Source: an uncultured bacterium
GTDB lineage: Bacteria > Actinomycetota > Coriobacteriia > Coriobacteriales > Coriobacteriaceae
Assembly (NCBI GenBank): GCA_905215905.1
Contig: CAJMRI010000010.1
Coordinates: forward strand, 2,838 to 66,837
Reading direction: 5' to 3'
Length of the DNA: 64,000 bases
Numbering within the stretch: the stretch's first letter is position 1; every line of letters starts with the position of its first letter. A program made the position numbers and the translations under genes. This document shows positions 49,101 through 58,990 of this stretch, piece after piece. The notes below the pieces were generated by a model that was not told where the DNA came from, did not search any database, and saw nothing but the letters and a program-made list of their open reading frames with translations.

Positions 49101-49945
49101 CAGCTAGTGATCAGAGGGACTGCGGGGACGTCAGAAGCGGCAACGCGAGTCGCAAAGCCCACCTCGGTCAGCTCGATGACCTCGGTAAACGTTGCATCGA
49201 AAAACTCCTCAGTTAGCAGGCGGTATGGCGGATGATCGGGCTCACCGGGGTTTTCGCGCACAATCTCGTGCATAACGCCGATGGTCTTGAGCACATACTC
49301 CTTATGGATGGGATACTGCCCAAAACGTGCCGCAGCGGTATACAGACGATCGGTCGCACGCGGGATGGAAACAATGCCGAGCGTCTTACCAAACCAGTCA
49401 AAATCGCCCTGCTTTTTAATGCGGAATTCCTCGCACGGCTTGCCGCCGTGCGCCTCCAGGTACTGATTCACGCGCGTATTCCATACGGTATCGGCCACCA
49501 GATGCGACCAGACGCCCAGCGTTAAATCGAGCAGCGACTGCGCCACATCTTCGGACGCAAGCGAGAACTCACAGGCGCCGGGACCGGCAACCGGCTCGGC
49601 ATCCTTGTAGCGCTGGGGATAGTGCACGCGGTTCAGTCGCTCGCGCTCCTCGATAATCGAGGTCGCCGCGGCTGGCGCACCGGTGGGCGAACTTTTAAGC
49701 AGCGGCGTCACATAGGTATCCCAGAACTCGTGCTCGCGTGGTTTGGGGATAGGCTCGGGCTTAGCAAAGTGCGTGATGCGGTACGGGATGGGATCGGCAA
49801 TGCCGGGAACCATGTAGCCCACAAAGATATCCGGAACCACGCAGCCAAACAAAAAGGCATTGCGGTCGCGCACGCTATCGGCAAGCACGCTAGCACGTGT
49901 CAGCAAGCGCTCCGTTTGAGCGATATGAATGTTCCAGCTTGGCAT
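49097..49945 (-). CDS. Zinc-dependent phospholipase C-like / HD-type protein
   Basis: MPSWNIH, FLFGCVVPDI, THF, GVWSHLVAD. Confidence 0.7.
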   Translation of the reverse strand: MPSWNIHIAQTERLLTRASVLADSVRDRNAFLFGCVVPDIFVGYMVPGIADPIPYRITHFAKPEPIPKPREHEFWDTYVTPLLKSSPTGAPAAATSIIEERERLNRVHYPQRYKDAEPVAGPGACEFSLASEDVAQSLLDLTLGVWSHLVADTVWNTRVNQYLEAHGGKPCEEFRIKKQGDFDWFGKTLGIVSIPRATDRLYTAAARFGQYPIHKEYVLKTIGVMHEIVRENPGEPDHPPYRLLTEEFFDATFTEVIELTEVGFATRVAASDVPAVPLITSC

Positions 49946-50025
49946 AGCCACCCCCATAAAAAACCTGGATAACTATACCATCACGGCAAAGCCGCGCGGG
50001 CGGCTACGCATCCTCTACGCAGCAA

Positions 50026-50820
50026 CTATTCCGCAGCACCGCTCTCGGTTCCATACGACGGCGAAGGCGCCTCGACCACATGGTGATATCGATCGATATA
50101 GATGGCACGGGCCCCCAAGCGGCGCACCAAATCTTGATGGTGCGTACTCATCAAAACCGTCTTACCGGCAGCAACGTAGGCCAGCAAAAAGTTGACTACG
50201 ATGTCGCACGAGTCCTCATCGAGCCCGTTGGTGGGCTCATCGAGCACTAGGATATCGGGGTTCATCGATACGACCGCCGCCAGCGCAACGCGTTTCTTTT
50301 GCCCGCCCGAAAGCTGATAGGGCGAGGCATCGACCAGATCGGCAACCTGGAACAGCTCCATGGCATCGCGGACGCGGCGCTCGAGCTCGTCTGTCGGCAG
50401 CCCCATCTGCGCGGGACCAAAAGCAACTTCCTCGCCCACCGTGGCACAGAACAGCTGGGCGTCGGCATTCTGGAACACAAAGCCCACGCGCTGATGAAAA
50501 CGCTGAGCGGCTGCGGAATCCTTGAGATATGCCGCATCGACCACGCGCCCATCGAACAGGTACGCACCCGCGTCCGTAAGCTCAAGGCCGTTAATAAGGC
50601 GCATGATCGTCGTCTTGCCACAACCGTTAGGACCAAGCAGGGCAACGAGTTCACCACGATCGACCTGCAGCGAAACGCCGTCGACCACCGTATGCCCCGT
50701 ATATGAGAACACCACGTTGCGCAGCTCGATGAGCGGCACGCTCTTGGCGCCAGTAGCACCGCTCGCGCCCATCACGCCATTCGTATCGTTTGCCAAAACG
50801 TCGCCCTTCCCTATCCACAT
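50026..50820 (-). CDS. ECF transporter ATPase (CbiO/NikO)
   Basis: GPNGCGKTT, VGFVFQN...QLF..TV.EEVAFGP, LSGGQKKR, LDEPT; start uncertain. Confidence 0.9.
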   Translation of the reverse strand: MWIGKGDVLANDTNGVMGASGATGAKSVPLIELRNVVFSYTGHTVVDGVSLQVDRGELVALLGPNGCGKTTIMRLINGLELTDAGAYLFDGRVVDAAYLKDSAAAQRFHQRVGFVFQNADAQLFCATVGEEVAFGPAQMGLPTDELERRVRDAMELFQVADLVDASPYQLSGGQKKRVALAAVVSMNPDILVLDEPTNGLDEDSCDIVVNFLLAYVAAGKTVLMSTHHQDLVRRLGARAIYIDRYHHVVEAPSPSYGTESGAAE

Positions 50821-50840
50821 CGACGGCTCGGCCGCCCGCG

Positions 50841-51677
50841 CTACAGCACCACGCACAACACGGCGAGCAGCACCACGACGGCCGCATAAACCGCATCGCG
50901 CCAGCCAAAGCCGCTCCGCCCGGGCGCCGGGTACGCACCGGCAAAGCCGCGGCAGAGCATAGCCTCGTCCATCGTGTGGCTGCACTCCATCGCCTTGATA
51001 AAGGTCATGCCCATGATACCCGCCAGCGAGTCGGTGCGCGAAAATCCCTCAGGCGCACGGCCAACGCTGCGCAGCATGACCGATTCGCACAGATCGTGCG
51101 CCGTGCGTCCCAGCACCTCGATATGCTTGAGTGCCATATCAAAGGTAAAGATGACCTCGTCGGGCAGGCGCAGCATCTTAAGCGCCGCCGACATGCGACT
51201 CCAGGTGAGCGTCCACGAAACGCCCAGCACCAGCGACACGTTAATGAACGTCTTGAGTGCAATCTTGAGCATGGCGCCCGCGGCAGACGCGCCCAGCAGC
51301 AGGGCAGGCAGTGCCAGAACCACCGCAAGCCCCGTGGCGCCGAGCGCCGGTACAAAGGTCGCACGCAGCCCGCGAGCGGGGCGCACCGCGACCAACACCA
51401 GCGCGATAGCCGCCATCAGCATCAGGTACAGCGGGCTCTGCGTCAGACACACGCACAGGACGCAGACGAACATCCCCACCAGGCGCACCGGAGCCGAAAC
51501 GCAAGAAAGGGCGCGGTCGACCATCGACCCGCCCTCGTGCGCGCCCCCACCCAGGCGAACCCGCTCAAGCAGGCTCGCCAGGTGCAGGACGTTCTTTTGC
51601 ATCACACGATGCCGAGCCCCCGCGGGCTCGTAACGCTGCTCGACCGCAAGCCAGCTAGGCAGCTCGGCTATTGCCAT
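50841..51677 (-). CDS. ECF transmembrane component T (CbiQ/NikQ)
   Basis: Hydrophobic protein with L.MLRLP, MLRS and AMLCRGF motifs. Confidence 0.85.
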   Translation of the reverse strand: MAIAELPSWLAVEQRYEPAGARHRVMQKNVLHLASLLERVRLGGGAHEGGSMVDRALSCVSAPVRLVGMFVCVLCVCLTQSPLYLMLMAAIALVLVAVRPARGLRATFVPALGATGLAVVLALPALLLGASAAGAMLKIALKTFINVSLVLGVSWTLTWSRMSAALKMLRLPDEVIFTFDMALKHIEVLGRTAHDLCESVMLRSVGRAPEGFSRTDSLAGIMGMTFIKAMECSHTMDEAMLCRGFAGAYPAPGRSGFGWRDAVYAAVVVLLAVLCVVL

Positions 51678-52740
51678 GAGCACCGCTTTCCTTGACCGTC
51701 AGCGAGACCAGGCGGAATGCGATGGTGAGCACCGCCACGCCAATCACGCCCGAAAGGATATACATGGTAGCCTGGCCGGCAAAGCCAAGGCCTTGCTCCT
51801 CGGAATAGGCCTGCAGATAATCGCCCGTGGGCAGGGCATCGGCAAAGGTCGGGGTATCGAGACCGACCGAAGCCTGCAGGCTGTCATCGCCAGCCTCTTG
51901 AACGGCGGTCGCGGCGCCCTCGGCGTCCCACTCACCCCAGGCGTCACCCGTGGCCAGCAGGCCCAGCGGTGTTGCTACGACAAGCACGGCAACCAGGATG
52001 AGCGTGGGGACCAGCGAGGTCTTCTTGGCGGCAACGCCCTCGGCAGCAAGTTGGCCATCGACGGCCTCGGGCCCGACAATGATGCTCGGCGCCGTCTTCT
52101 TAATGAAACCGTAGATCGCGGCCGTCGCCACGCCCTCGATCACGCCGGCAACCAGCATATGCGGGATCAACATGGCCGGAATAGCCACGGACAGCGGGAA
52201 GGGGCAGTACAGCGGCGCGCCCGAAGCATTGGTAAAGAGCATCGGCTGAATACCAAACTCGATTGCCGCGCACAGGGCCGCCAGGCACAGGCCGACCCAG
52301 CCGCTTACGATGGCAGAAACTGAGGTGCCCCAGCTCTTGTCGTGCAGACGGCTGTTGAGCGCACGGAACACGATAGCAGCGACAAACGGCAGCACAAAGG
52401 CCATGTTAAAGCAGTTGGCGCCAAACGACAGAACGCCGCCGTCTCCAAACAGCAGCGCCTGCAGCGCCAGCGCGACCGAGACAGCGATAGCCGCAGCCTC
52501 GGGGCCCAGCAGCAACGCGATGAGCGCGCCGCCAACAGCGTGACCAGTGGTGCCACCGGGCAGCGGCACGTTGAACATCATGAGCAAGAAGGAGAACGCG
52601 GCGCAAATGCCCAAGAACGCCATATGCTCGCGATCGAGCGTGGCGCGCACCTTTTTGATGCAGTGGACCCATACGGGCACCATCGCCACCGCCATAACGG
52701 CATCGGTCTGCGGGGACAGGTAGTTGTCTGGAATGTGCAT
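51655..52740 (-). CDS. ECF Ni/Co substrate component, NikMN-type fusion
   Basis: N-terminal MHIPDNYL, GGTTGH, QALLFGDGG, C-terminal PLGLLA.G.AWGEW extension. Confidence 0.9.
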   Translation of the reverse strand: MHIPDNYLSPQTDAVMAVAMVPVWVHCIKKVRATLDREHMAFLGICAAFSFLLMMFNVPLPGGTTGHAVGGALIALLLGPEAAAIAVSVALALQALLFGDGGVLSFGANCFNMAFVLPFVAAIVFRALNSRLHDKSWGTSVSAIVSGWVGLCLAALCAAIEFGIQPMLFTNASGAPLYCPFPLSVAIPAMLIPHMLVAGVIEGVATAAIYGFIKKTAPSIIVGPEAVDGQLAAEGVAAKKTSLVPTLILVAVLVVATPLGLLATGDAWGEWDAEGAATAVQEAGDDSLQASVGLDTPTFADALPTGDYLQAYSEEQGLGFAGQATMYILSGVIGVAVLTIAFRLVSLTVKESGAHGNSRAA

Positions 52741-52797
52741 ATACGCCTCCCGGTTGTCGGCGCACAGAATTGCAACGCCGCTTGAATCACCTTGCCA

Positions 52798-52825
52798 GTG
52801 TTACGCATTGCCAGATTCGTAACAC
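52798..52825. promoter_or_regulatory. Putative NikR-type operator
   Basis: Perfect 8-bp arms GTGTTACG-N12-CGTAACAC (28 bp in total), about 60 bp upstream of nikMN. Confidence 0.65.
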
Positions 52826-52987
52826 GCCGCGGGCTATCATAGCAAAACGGCGCGCTGCCGACAAAGCAGCACGCCGTTATGTAATGCGTGTGTCATATAT
52901 GCAGGCTCAGCGATGCCTTTTCCGAACACCGCGGTCACGCAGAGCCCACAGCAACCGCCATCAGGCCCTACGCTCCCAGCGCAAGTC

Positions 52988-55441
52988 CTAGCCGCGGACC
53001 TCGCCGTTCACACCCTTGCACACCTTGGTGACGATCTTCTGGTGCGCCTTCTCGACCTCTTCGCTGGTGAGCGTGTGGTCGTCGGAGCGATACGTAAGCG
53101 CGAAGGCCATGGACTTCTTGCCCGCACCGATGCGGATGGGATCGCGGTAGACGTCGAACAGGCGCACGCCCTCGAGCAGCTTGCCTCCGGCACTCGTAAT
53201 ACGACGCTCAAGATCCTCACAGGTCACAGTGTTGTCGACCACGATAGCGAGGTCGTGCTCAACGGCCGGGTACTGCGAGAACTCACGGTAGTTCTCCTGG
53301 TTGCGGGCGCCCTTGATCAGCTTGTCCAGATCGAGCTCAAAGGCAACGACGACCTCGTCAATGCCCATAGCCTCGCGTGCCTCGGGGTGGATCTCGCCAA
53401 CCCAGCCCAGCACGGTACCGCCCGAGAGCACCTCGGCAGCACGACCCGGCTGCAGGAAGGCATAGCTCTCGCCCTCGACGGGACGGAAGCGAACCTTCTC
53501 GATGCGCAGCTGGGCGAGCAGCTCCTCGACAATACCCTTGCCAAAGAAGAAGCGCAGCTTGCGGTACTTCATGTTCCAGGACTGCTCGCTCCACTGGCCC
53601 GAGAGCACACCCGCCACGGACTTGGTCTCCTTGGGCAGGCTGGCGTTCTCGCGACCGTGGAACAGGCTGCCGACCTCGTACAGGTGCACGTTGGGCGTGC
53701 CGTGGGCCTCGTTATAGGCCACGGATTGCAACAGGCCCGGCAGCAGCGAACGACGCATCTCGGTCTGCTCGGCTACCAGCGGGTTCATGAGCACCACGGG
53801 GCAGCCGCGGCCCTCGGTGGACATGCCGATCTTCTCCAGGTCGCCCGGGGCGGCAAAGCCAAAAGTCGTGGTCTCGTTGAGGCCGCAGGCGCGCAGGATT
53901 TCGCCGACCTTGCGGGTGAGCTTCTGCTCGCGGGTCAGGCCGCCGATGTGGTTCTTGGCAGCCGGGATGGTCGCCGTCACACGGCCCATGCCCCATAGGC
54001 GCAGGACCTCCTCGATCAGGTCAATCTCGCGCGGCAGGTCGGGGCGGAAGCTCGGCGGAGTGACCATAAAGTCGTCGCCGTCGCGCTCGACGGTGCAGCC
54101 CAGGCGGGTGAGCGAGCGCTCGATAAAGTCGGGCTCGATGTCGGCGCCGCAGATGGCGTGCACGCGGGCCAAGCGCAGCTTGATGCTATCGATGGTCTTG
54201 GGCGCGGGGAACACGTCGACATAGCCGGGAGTAACCTCGCCGCCGGCGATCTCTTCGATGAGCGCGCAGGCCACGTTGGCCACATCCACGCAGCCGGTCT
54301 CGTCGACCTGACGCTCAAAGCGGATGGAGGCGTCGGAGATCAGCGACAGGTCGCGGCTGGTGTGCGAGGTGCGACCGGCATTGAAGCAGGCACTCTCGAC
54401 CATCACGTCGACGGTGTCGTCCTCAATCTCGGAATCCATGCCGCCCATAACGCCGGCCAGCGCCACGGGACGCTCGCCGTCGGTGATGAGACCCATGCCG
54501 GCGTCGAGCGTGCGCTCCTCGCCGTCGAGGGTCGTGAACTTCTCGTCCTGCTGGGCGGCGCGAACCACCACGCGGCGATGGCCCTCGCGCTCGGCAAAGG
54601 TGTCCAGGTCAAAGGCGTGCAGCGGCTGACCGGTGAGCATCATCACGTAGTTGGTGATGTCGACGATGTTGTTGTGCGGACGCACGCCCAGGGCGTTGAG
54701 GCGCTTGACCATCCAGTCGGGCGACGGGCCGACCTTCACGTTGCGCACGATGCGGGCGACATAGCGGTCGCACAGCCCCTCGTCGGCAATCTCGACCGAA
54801 AGCTCGTCGTCCGTCGCGCGGCCGGTCTCGGCCTTGATGGCGGGCAGCTCAACGTGGAAATCGCGGTCGAAGATGGCGCCGGTCTCGCGAGCCATGCCGA
54901 TCATGGACAGGCAGTCGGGGCGGTTGGGCGTGATCTCGCAGTCGAGCACGGTGTCGCTCGAGCCCACGTACTCGGCAAACGGCATGCCGCAGGGCGTATC
55001 CTCGGGCAGGATCATGATGCCGGAGTGGTCGCCGCCCAAGCCGAGCTCGCGCGCGGAGCAGTTCATGCCCATGGACACGACGCCGCGAAGCTTGCTCTTC
55101 TTGATCTTGATGTCGCCGGGCAGCTCGGCGCCGATCATGGCCGTGACGATGTGGTCGCCGGCCTCAAAGTTCTGCGCGCCGCAGACAATCTGCAGCGGGG
55201 CGGGGTTGCCGTCGGCGTCGAGGTTCTTGTCACCCACGTCGACCGAGCACACATACATGTGGTCGCTATCGGGGTGCGGGGTCTTGGTGAGCACCTGGGC
55301 GGTCACCACGTGGTCGAAGGACTCGCCCACGGTATCGATCGCCTCGACCTCGGTGCCGGTACGGATATATTCGTCCGAAAGGGTCTTGGGATCCTCCGGA
55401 ATATCGATCATGGTCTTGAGCCAGTCGTAAGAAACACGCAT
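52988..55441 (-). CDS. pheT: Phenylalanine--tRNA ligase beta subunit
   Basis: IVCGAQN, ITPNRPD, GQPLHAFD, FRPDL.REIDLIEEV, C-terminal FDX-ACB domain. Confidence 0.98.
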   Translation of the reverse strand: MRVSYDWLKTMIDIPEDPKTLSDEYIRTGTEVEAIDTVGESFDHVVTAQVLTKTPHPDSDHMYVCSVDVGDKNLDADGNPAPLQIVCGAQNFEAGDHIVTAMIGAELPGDIKIKKSKLRGVVSMGMNCSARELGLGGDHSGIMILPEDTPCGMPFAEYVGSSDTVLDCEITPNRPDCLSMIGMARETGAIFDRDFHVELPAIKAETGRATDDELSVEIADEGLCDRYVARIVRNVKVGPSPDWMVKRLNALGVRPHNNIVDITNYVMMLTGQPLHAFDLDTFAEREGHRRVVVRAAQQDEKFTTLDGEERTLDAGMGLITDGERPVALAGVMGGMDSEIEDDTVDVMVESACFNAGRTSHTSRDLSLISDASIRFERQVDETGCVDVANVACALIEEIAGGEVTPGYVDVFPAPKTIDSIKLRLARVHAICGADIEPDFIERSLTRLGCTVERDGDDFMVTPPSFRPDLPREIDLIEEVLRLWGMGRVTATIPAAKNHIGGLTREQKLTRKVGEILRACGLNETTTFGFAAPGDLEKIGMSTEGRGCPVVLMNPLVAEQTEMRRSLLPGLLQSVAYNEAHGTPNVHLYEVGSLFHGRENASLPKETKSVAGVLSGQWSEQSWNMKYRKLRFFFGKGIVEELLAQLRIEKVRFRPVEGESYAFLQPGRAAEVLSGGTVLGWVGEIHPEAREAMGIDEVVVAFELDLDKLIKGARNQENYREFSQYPAVEHDLAIVVDNTVTCEDLERRITSAGGKLLEGVRLFDVYRDPIRIGAGKKSMAFALTYRSDDHTLTSEEVEKAHQKIVTKVCKGVNGEVRG

Positions 55442-55522
55442 CTAGCTCTCCTTTCATACTGAAAGCCTGCGAAGAGATGCAGGTGGAAACTTCAACTTTG
55501 TGAACATTCCTTACAAAGCGAG

Positions 55523-55620
55523 GGTTGTCCAAGTGCGGCAGATCGGCCCGAAAGAGGAGTGCCGCGTACTTTGGTACGCAAGCGACGAATGAGCGCCGAG
55601 GTGCCGTGCTTGGGCAAGCC
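55523..55620. repeat. Rod-like hairpin between pheS and pheT
   Basis: TTGTCCAAGTGCGGCA/TGCCGTGCTTGGGCAA, TCGGC/GCCGA, apex GCGTAC-TTTG-GTACGC. Confidence 0.75.
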
Positions 55621-55625
55621 GCAGC

Positions 55626-56702
55626 CTAGAACTGATTCAAGAAACGCATATCGCCTGTCATGAGCGTTCTGAGGTCGGGCAGGTCGTAGCGCAGGGCCGC
55701 GACGCGCTCGGCGCCAATGCCAAAGGCGAAGCCGGTGTACTTCTCGGGGTCGATGCCGCAGTTGATGAGGACGTTGGGGTCGACCATGCCGCAGCCCAGG
55801 ATCTCGATCCAGCCGCTGTGCTTGCAGAAGTTGCAGCCCTTACCGCCGCACACGTGGCAGCTCACGTCCACCTCGCAGGAAGGCTCGGTGAAGGGGAAGA
55901 AGTGCGGGCGGTAGCGCGTCTTGCGGTCCTCGCCAAACATGCACTTAACAAAGTAGTCGAGCGTGCCCTTCAGGTCGCCGAAGGTGATGCCCTCGTCGAC
56001 GACCAGGCCCTCGATCTGGTTGAACTGCGGCAGGTGGCAGGCATCGGCCGTGTCGGGACGGTAGACGGTGCCCGGGCAGATCATGTAGATGGGCGGCTTC
56101 TGCGACTCCATAGTGTGGATCTGCACGCCCGAAGTCTGGGTGCGCAGCAGCACGTCGGACTCGCCGTGGGCGTGAGCCTCGGGGTGCGCGACGCTGCCGG
56201 GGTTGTTGTCGACCACGTAGAAGGTATCGCGGGCCGAGCGGCTCGGGTGATCCATGGGAGCGTTGAGCGCGGTGAAGTTGTAGTAAGAGGTGTCGACCAT
56301 GGGGCCGGACTCGACGGTGTAGCCGATGCCGCAGAAGATGTCCTCGGCCTCCTCGATGATTTGCTTGATCAGGTGCTGGTGGCCGATCTGCGGACGGATG
56401 CCCGGCAGCGTGATGTCGACGGCGTCGTGCTCGAGTGCGCGCTTGAGGGCGGCGGCCTTCATCTCGGTGTTTCGCTCGTCGAGCATGCCCTCGATCAGCT
56501 GGCGCATCTCGTTGGCGCGCTTGCCCATCACGGGACGATCCTCGGGGGCGAGCTTGCCCATCATGCGCATCAAGCCGGTGATACGACCCTTGCGACCGAG
56601 CAGCTCAACACGCGCAGCCTCGAGCTTGGCGGCGTCATCGGCGCCTGCGACGAGCTCCTTGGCCTCTTCCTCGAGTTTGACCAGATCATCAATCAGACTC
56701 AT
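55626..56702 (-). CDS. pheS: Phenylalanine--tRNA ligase alpha subunit
   Basis: HPSR...DTFY, LRTQTS, FPFTEPS, GCGMV, GFAFGIG.ER. Confidence 0.98.
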   Translation of the reverse strand: MSLIDDLVKLEEEAKELVAGADDAAKLEAARVELLGRKGRITGLMRMMGKLAPEDRPVMGKRANEMRQLIEGMLDERNTEMKAAALKRALEHDAVDITLPGIRPQIGHQHLIKQIIEEAEDIFCGIGYTVESGPMVDTSYYNFTALNAPMDHPSRSARDTFYVVDNNPGSVAHPEAHAHGESDVLLRTQTSGVQIHTMESQKPPIYMICPGTVYRPDTADACHLPQFNQIEGLVVDEGITFGDLKGTLDYFVKCMFGEDRKTRYRPHFFPFTEPSCEVDVSCHVCGGKGCNFCKHSGWIEILGCGMVDPNVLINCGIDPEKYTGFAFGIGAERVAALRYDLPDLRTLMTGDMRFLNQF

Positions 56703-56784
56703 GTCTTCCCTTTCGTCTCTCGCGCATCCACTTGCCGCGGCGGCTGGAGCCACCCGGAGCTGCGGATGTGCGGCCCGGTTCGGT

Positions 56785-57070
56785 AACAAAAAAACCGCCC
56801 TCGGGCATGTGCATTGCCCAAGGACGGTTGAATTCCGCGGTACCACCTTGTTTGACCCGGCGGATGTCTGGCCCGCCGCGCCCACTCTGTGCCCCTTGTC
56901 GCGAGGCTCACGGCTTCCCTACTGGGGCTTCGCCGCCGCTGGCCGCGTGCCCGTTGAGGTCGCTGCTCGGGAGTGAACGCTTGGCCCTTGTCACCGCAGG
57001 AAGGCTCGCAGCCCATGACCTTCCCTCTCTTGCCGGCGACGCGGCGGGCAAAACCCTCTCCGTCAACGCA
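56785..57070 (-). promoter_or_regulatory. T-box riboswitch (Phe specifier TTC)
   Basis: GCGTTGA, AGAGAG bulge, GCTG box, specifier TTC, AGTA, AACAAGGTGGTACCGCGG T-box, then a GC stem plus T7. Confidence 0.92.
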
Positions 57071-57206
57071 TTGGGCTATAGGATAACACATTCTGCGTGT
57101 GCATCGCCGCGTTCCGTTTTGTTCGCACTGGGTACAAGGCAGGTAGCTGTGCAAACTGGCCGCGCGCCCACCCGAAGCGCTCGGCTCACGAGATCAAGGA
57201 TATGGT

Positions 57207-58781
57207 ATGGGAAAGAAACTCGATAAGAAGGCCGAGCCTGCAGCGGGCAAGACATCCAAAGGCATGAAGGTCGATAAGGCCGTCAAAAAATTCCGCAAGC
57301 TCGAAGGCAAGCTGTGGACTCGTGAGTACCTGCTCAAGATTGCCGAGTTTGACGGCGCGACCATTGCCCCCGCCAACGGCGCAGCAGCGCGTGCCGACGC
57401 CATGGGCACGCTTGCCGGCGAGCATCACAAGCTGCTGACCAGCGAGAAGTCCGTTGAGCTCGTACGCTCGTTAGCGCGCGAGACCGTCGCCGGCGGCAAA
57501 ATCGACGACCCTCAGCTGCTCGACGAGATCCGTGTGCTCGGCCGCGATCAACGTGAGGCCAGTGCCATCCCCACCGAAGAAGCCGAGGCCTGGACCAGGC
57601 TCACCTGCGAGGCGGACGCCGTGTGGCGCAAGGCCAAGGCAGCCAACGACTGGGCGAGCTTTGAGACCTATGTGGATAGAATCGTCGCCCAACTTAAGCA
57701 TCAGGCCGAGCTCATGGACCCCAAGCGCGATCCATACGACGTTTGGCTCGACCAGTACGAGCGCGGCCTTTCCGCCAAGAGCTTCGACGCGTTTTGCGAC
57801 GAGGTCAAGGCCACGGTCGTGCCGCTCGTGCACGCCATCGGCGAGCGCGGCCAGCAGCCGGCTGCCGACTTTTTGCACGCCCACGTGCCCGAGGCTGCCC
57901 AGCGCGCCATGAGCTTCGACCTTATGAAGCTTGTCGGCCTGGACCTGGACGACACCACGCTTGCCTTTACCGAGCATCCGTTTAGCGAGGGCTTTGCCGT
58001 GGGTGATGCGCGCATCGCGACGCACATCTACGAGGACGACTGCATCTCCAACGTCTACAGCATCATCCACGAGGCGGGGCACACCATGTACGAGCTGGGC
58101 GTCAATCCCGCCTACGCGCGCACCTGCCTGGAGGGCGGCACCTCCATGGGCATCCACGAGAGCCAGAGCCGCTTTTTCGAGAACACCGTGGGTCGCAGCC
58201 GCGCCTTTATGGGCCCGCTGCTCGAGGTGCTGCGTCGTCACGCGCCCGAGGTCTACGGCGACGTCGACGAAGACACGCTCTACCGCGCCGTGAACATCGC
58301 GCAGCCGTCGTTGATCCGCACCGAGGCCGACGAGCTCACCTATCCGCTGCATATTATGGTGCGCTACCAGATTGAGCGTATGCTGTTTGCCGGCGAGGCT
58401 GCGGCCAAGGACATCCCCGCGCTTTGGAACCGCTTTATGGACGAGTACCTGGGCATTCCCGTTCCCGACGACACGCACGGCTGCCTGCAGGATACGCATT
58501 GGAGCGGCGGTTCGTTTGGCTACTTCCCCACGTATGCGCTGGGTAGCGCCTACGATGCCATGTTTGTGCCGGCCATGTGCCGCGACGGCGTCGACCTTAC
58601 CGGTGCCTGCGCGAGCGGCGATCTGGCGCCCGTCCGCGCCTGGCTGGGCGAGCACATTTGGCAGTGGGGCCGCGCCAAAGACGCGCCGGAACTCATCAAG
58701 GGCGCCTGCGGCATGGCCTTTGACGCCCGCTACTACTGCAGCTACCTGCAGGACAAGTTCACCACACTGTACGAGCTGTAA
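57207..58781 (+). CDS. M32 family carboxypeptidase
   Basis: HPF, HEAGH, HESQ, IRTEADE, GCLQDTHW, GYFPTYALG. Confidence 0.95.
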   Translation: MGKKLDKKAEPAAGKTSKGMKVDKAVKKFRKLEGKLWTREYLLKIAEFDGATIAPANGAAARADAMGTLAGEHHKLLTSEKSVELVRSLARETVAGGKIDDPQLLDEIRVLGRDQREASAIPTEEAEAWTRLTCEADAVWRKAKAANDWASFETYVDRIVAQLKHQAELMDPKRDPYDVWLDQYERGLSAKSFDAFCDEVKATVVPLVHAIGERGQQPAADFLHAHVPEAAQRAMSFDLMKLVGLDLDDTTLAFTEHPFSEGFAVGDARIATHIYEDDCISNVYSIIHEAGHTMYELGVNPAYARTCLEGGTSMGIHESQSRFFENTVGRSRAFMGPLLEVLRRHAPEVYGDVDEDTLYRAVNIAQPSLIRTEADELTYPLHIMVRYQIERMLFAGEAAAKDIPALWNRFMDEYLGIPVPDDTHGCLQDTHWSGGSFGYFPTYALGSAYDAMFVPAMCRDGVDLTGACASGDLAPVRAWLGEHIWQWGRAKDAPELIKGACGMAFDARYYCSYLQDKFTTLYEL

Positions 58782-58820
58782 GGATTGACCAGCACGCCAT
58801 CGCCAACGCCAACTATGTTG

Positions 58821-58990
58821 ACGCCAATGTCTTGGCAACGTCAGCGAAAACGACCCTAAGCGAGCAAGGTGACGTGAAATGAAAGGGCGCTGACCTTCTG
58901 GTCGCGCCCTTGAAATTGAACGTCAGATTGCCGCTTAGGGGCGTTTGCAGTGTCGAGCAGTTACGCGGTTTGGTAAAACCGCGTAACTAC
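58821..58990. repeat. Rod-hairpin intergenic element, copy B (overlaps the glmM stop codon)
   Basis: Homologous to 2571-2739 with compensatory substitutions. Confidence 0.9.

Noticed and set aside
52741..52987. Cobalamin riboswitch upstream of the CbiM-like gene
   Set aside because: No B12-box recognised; a palindromic operator is present instead.
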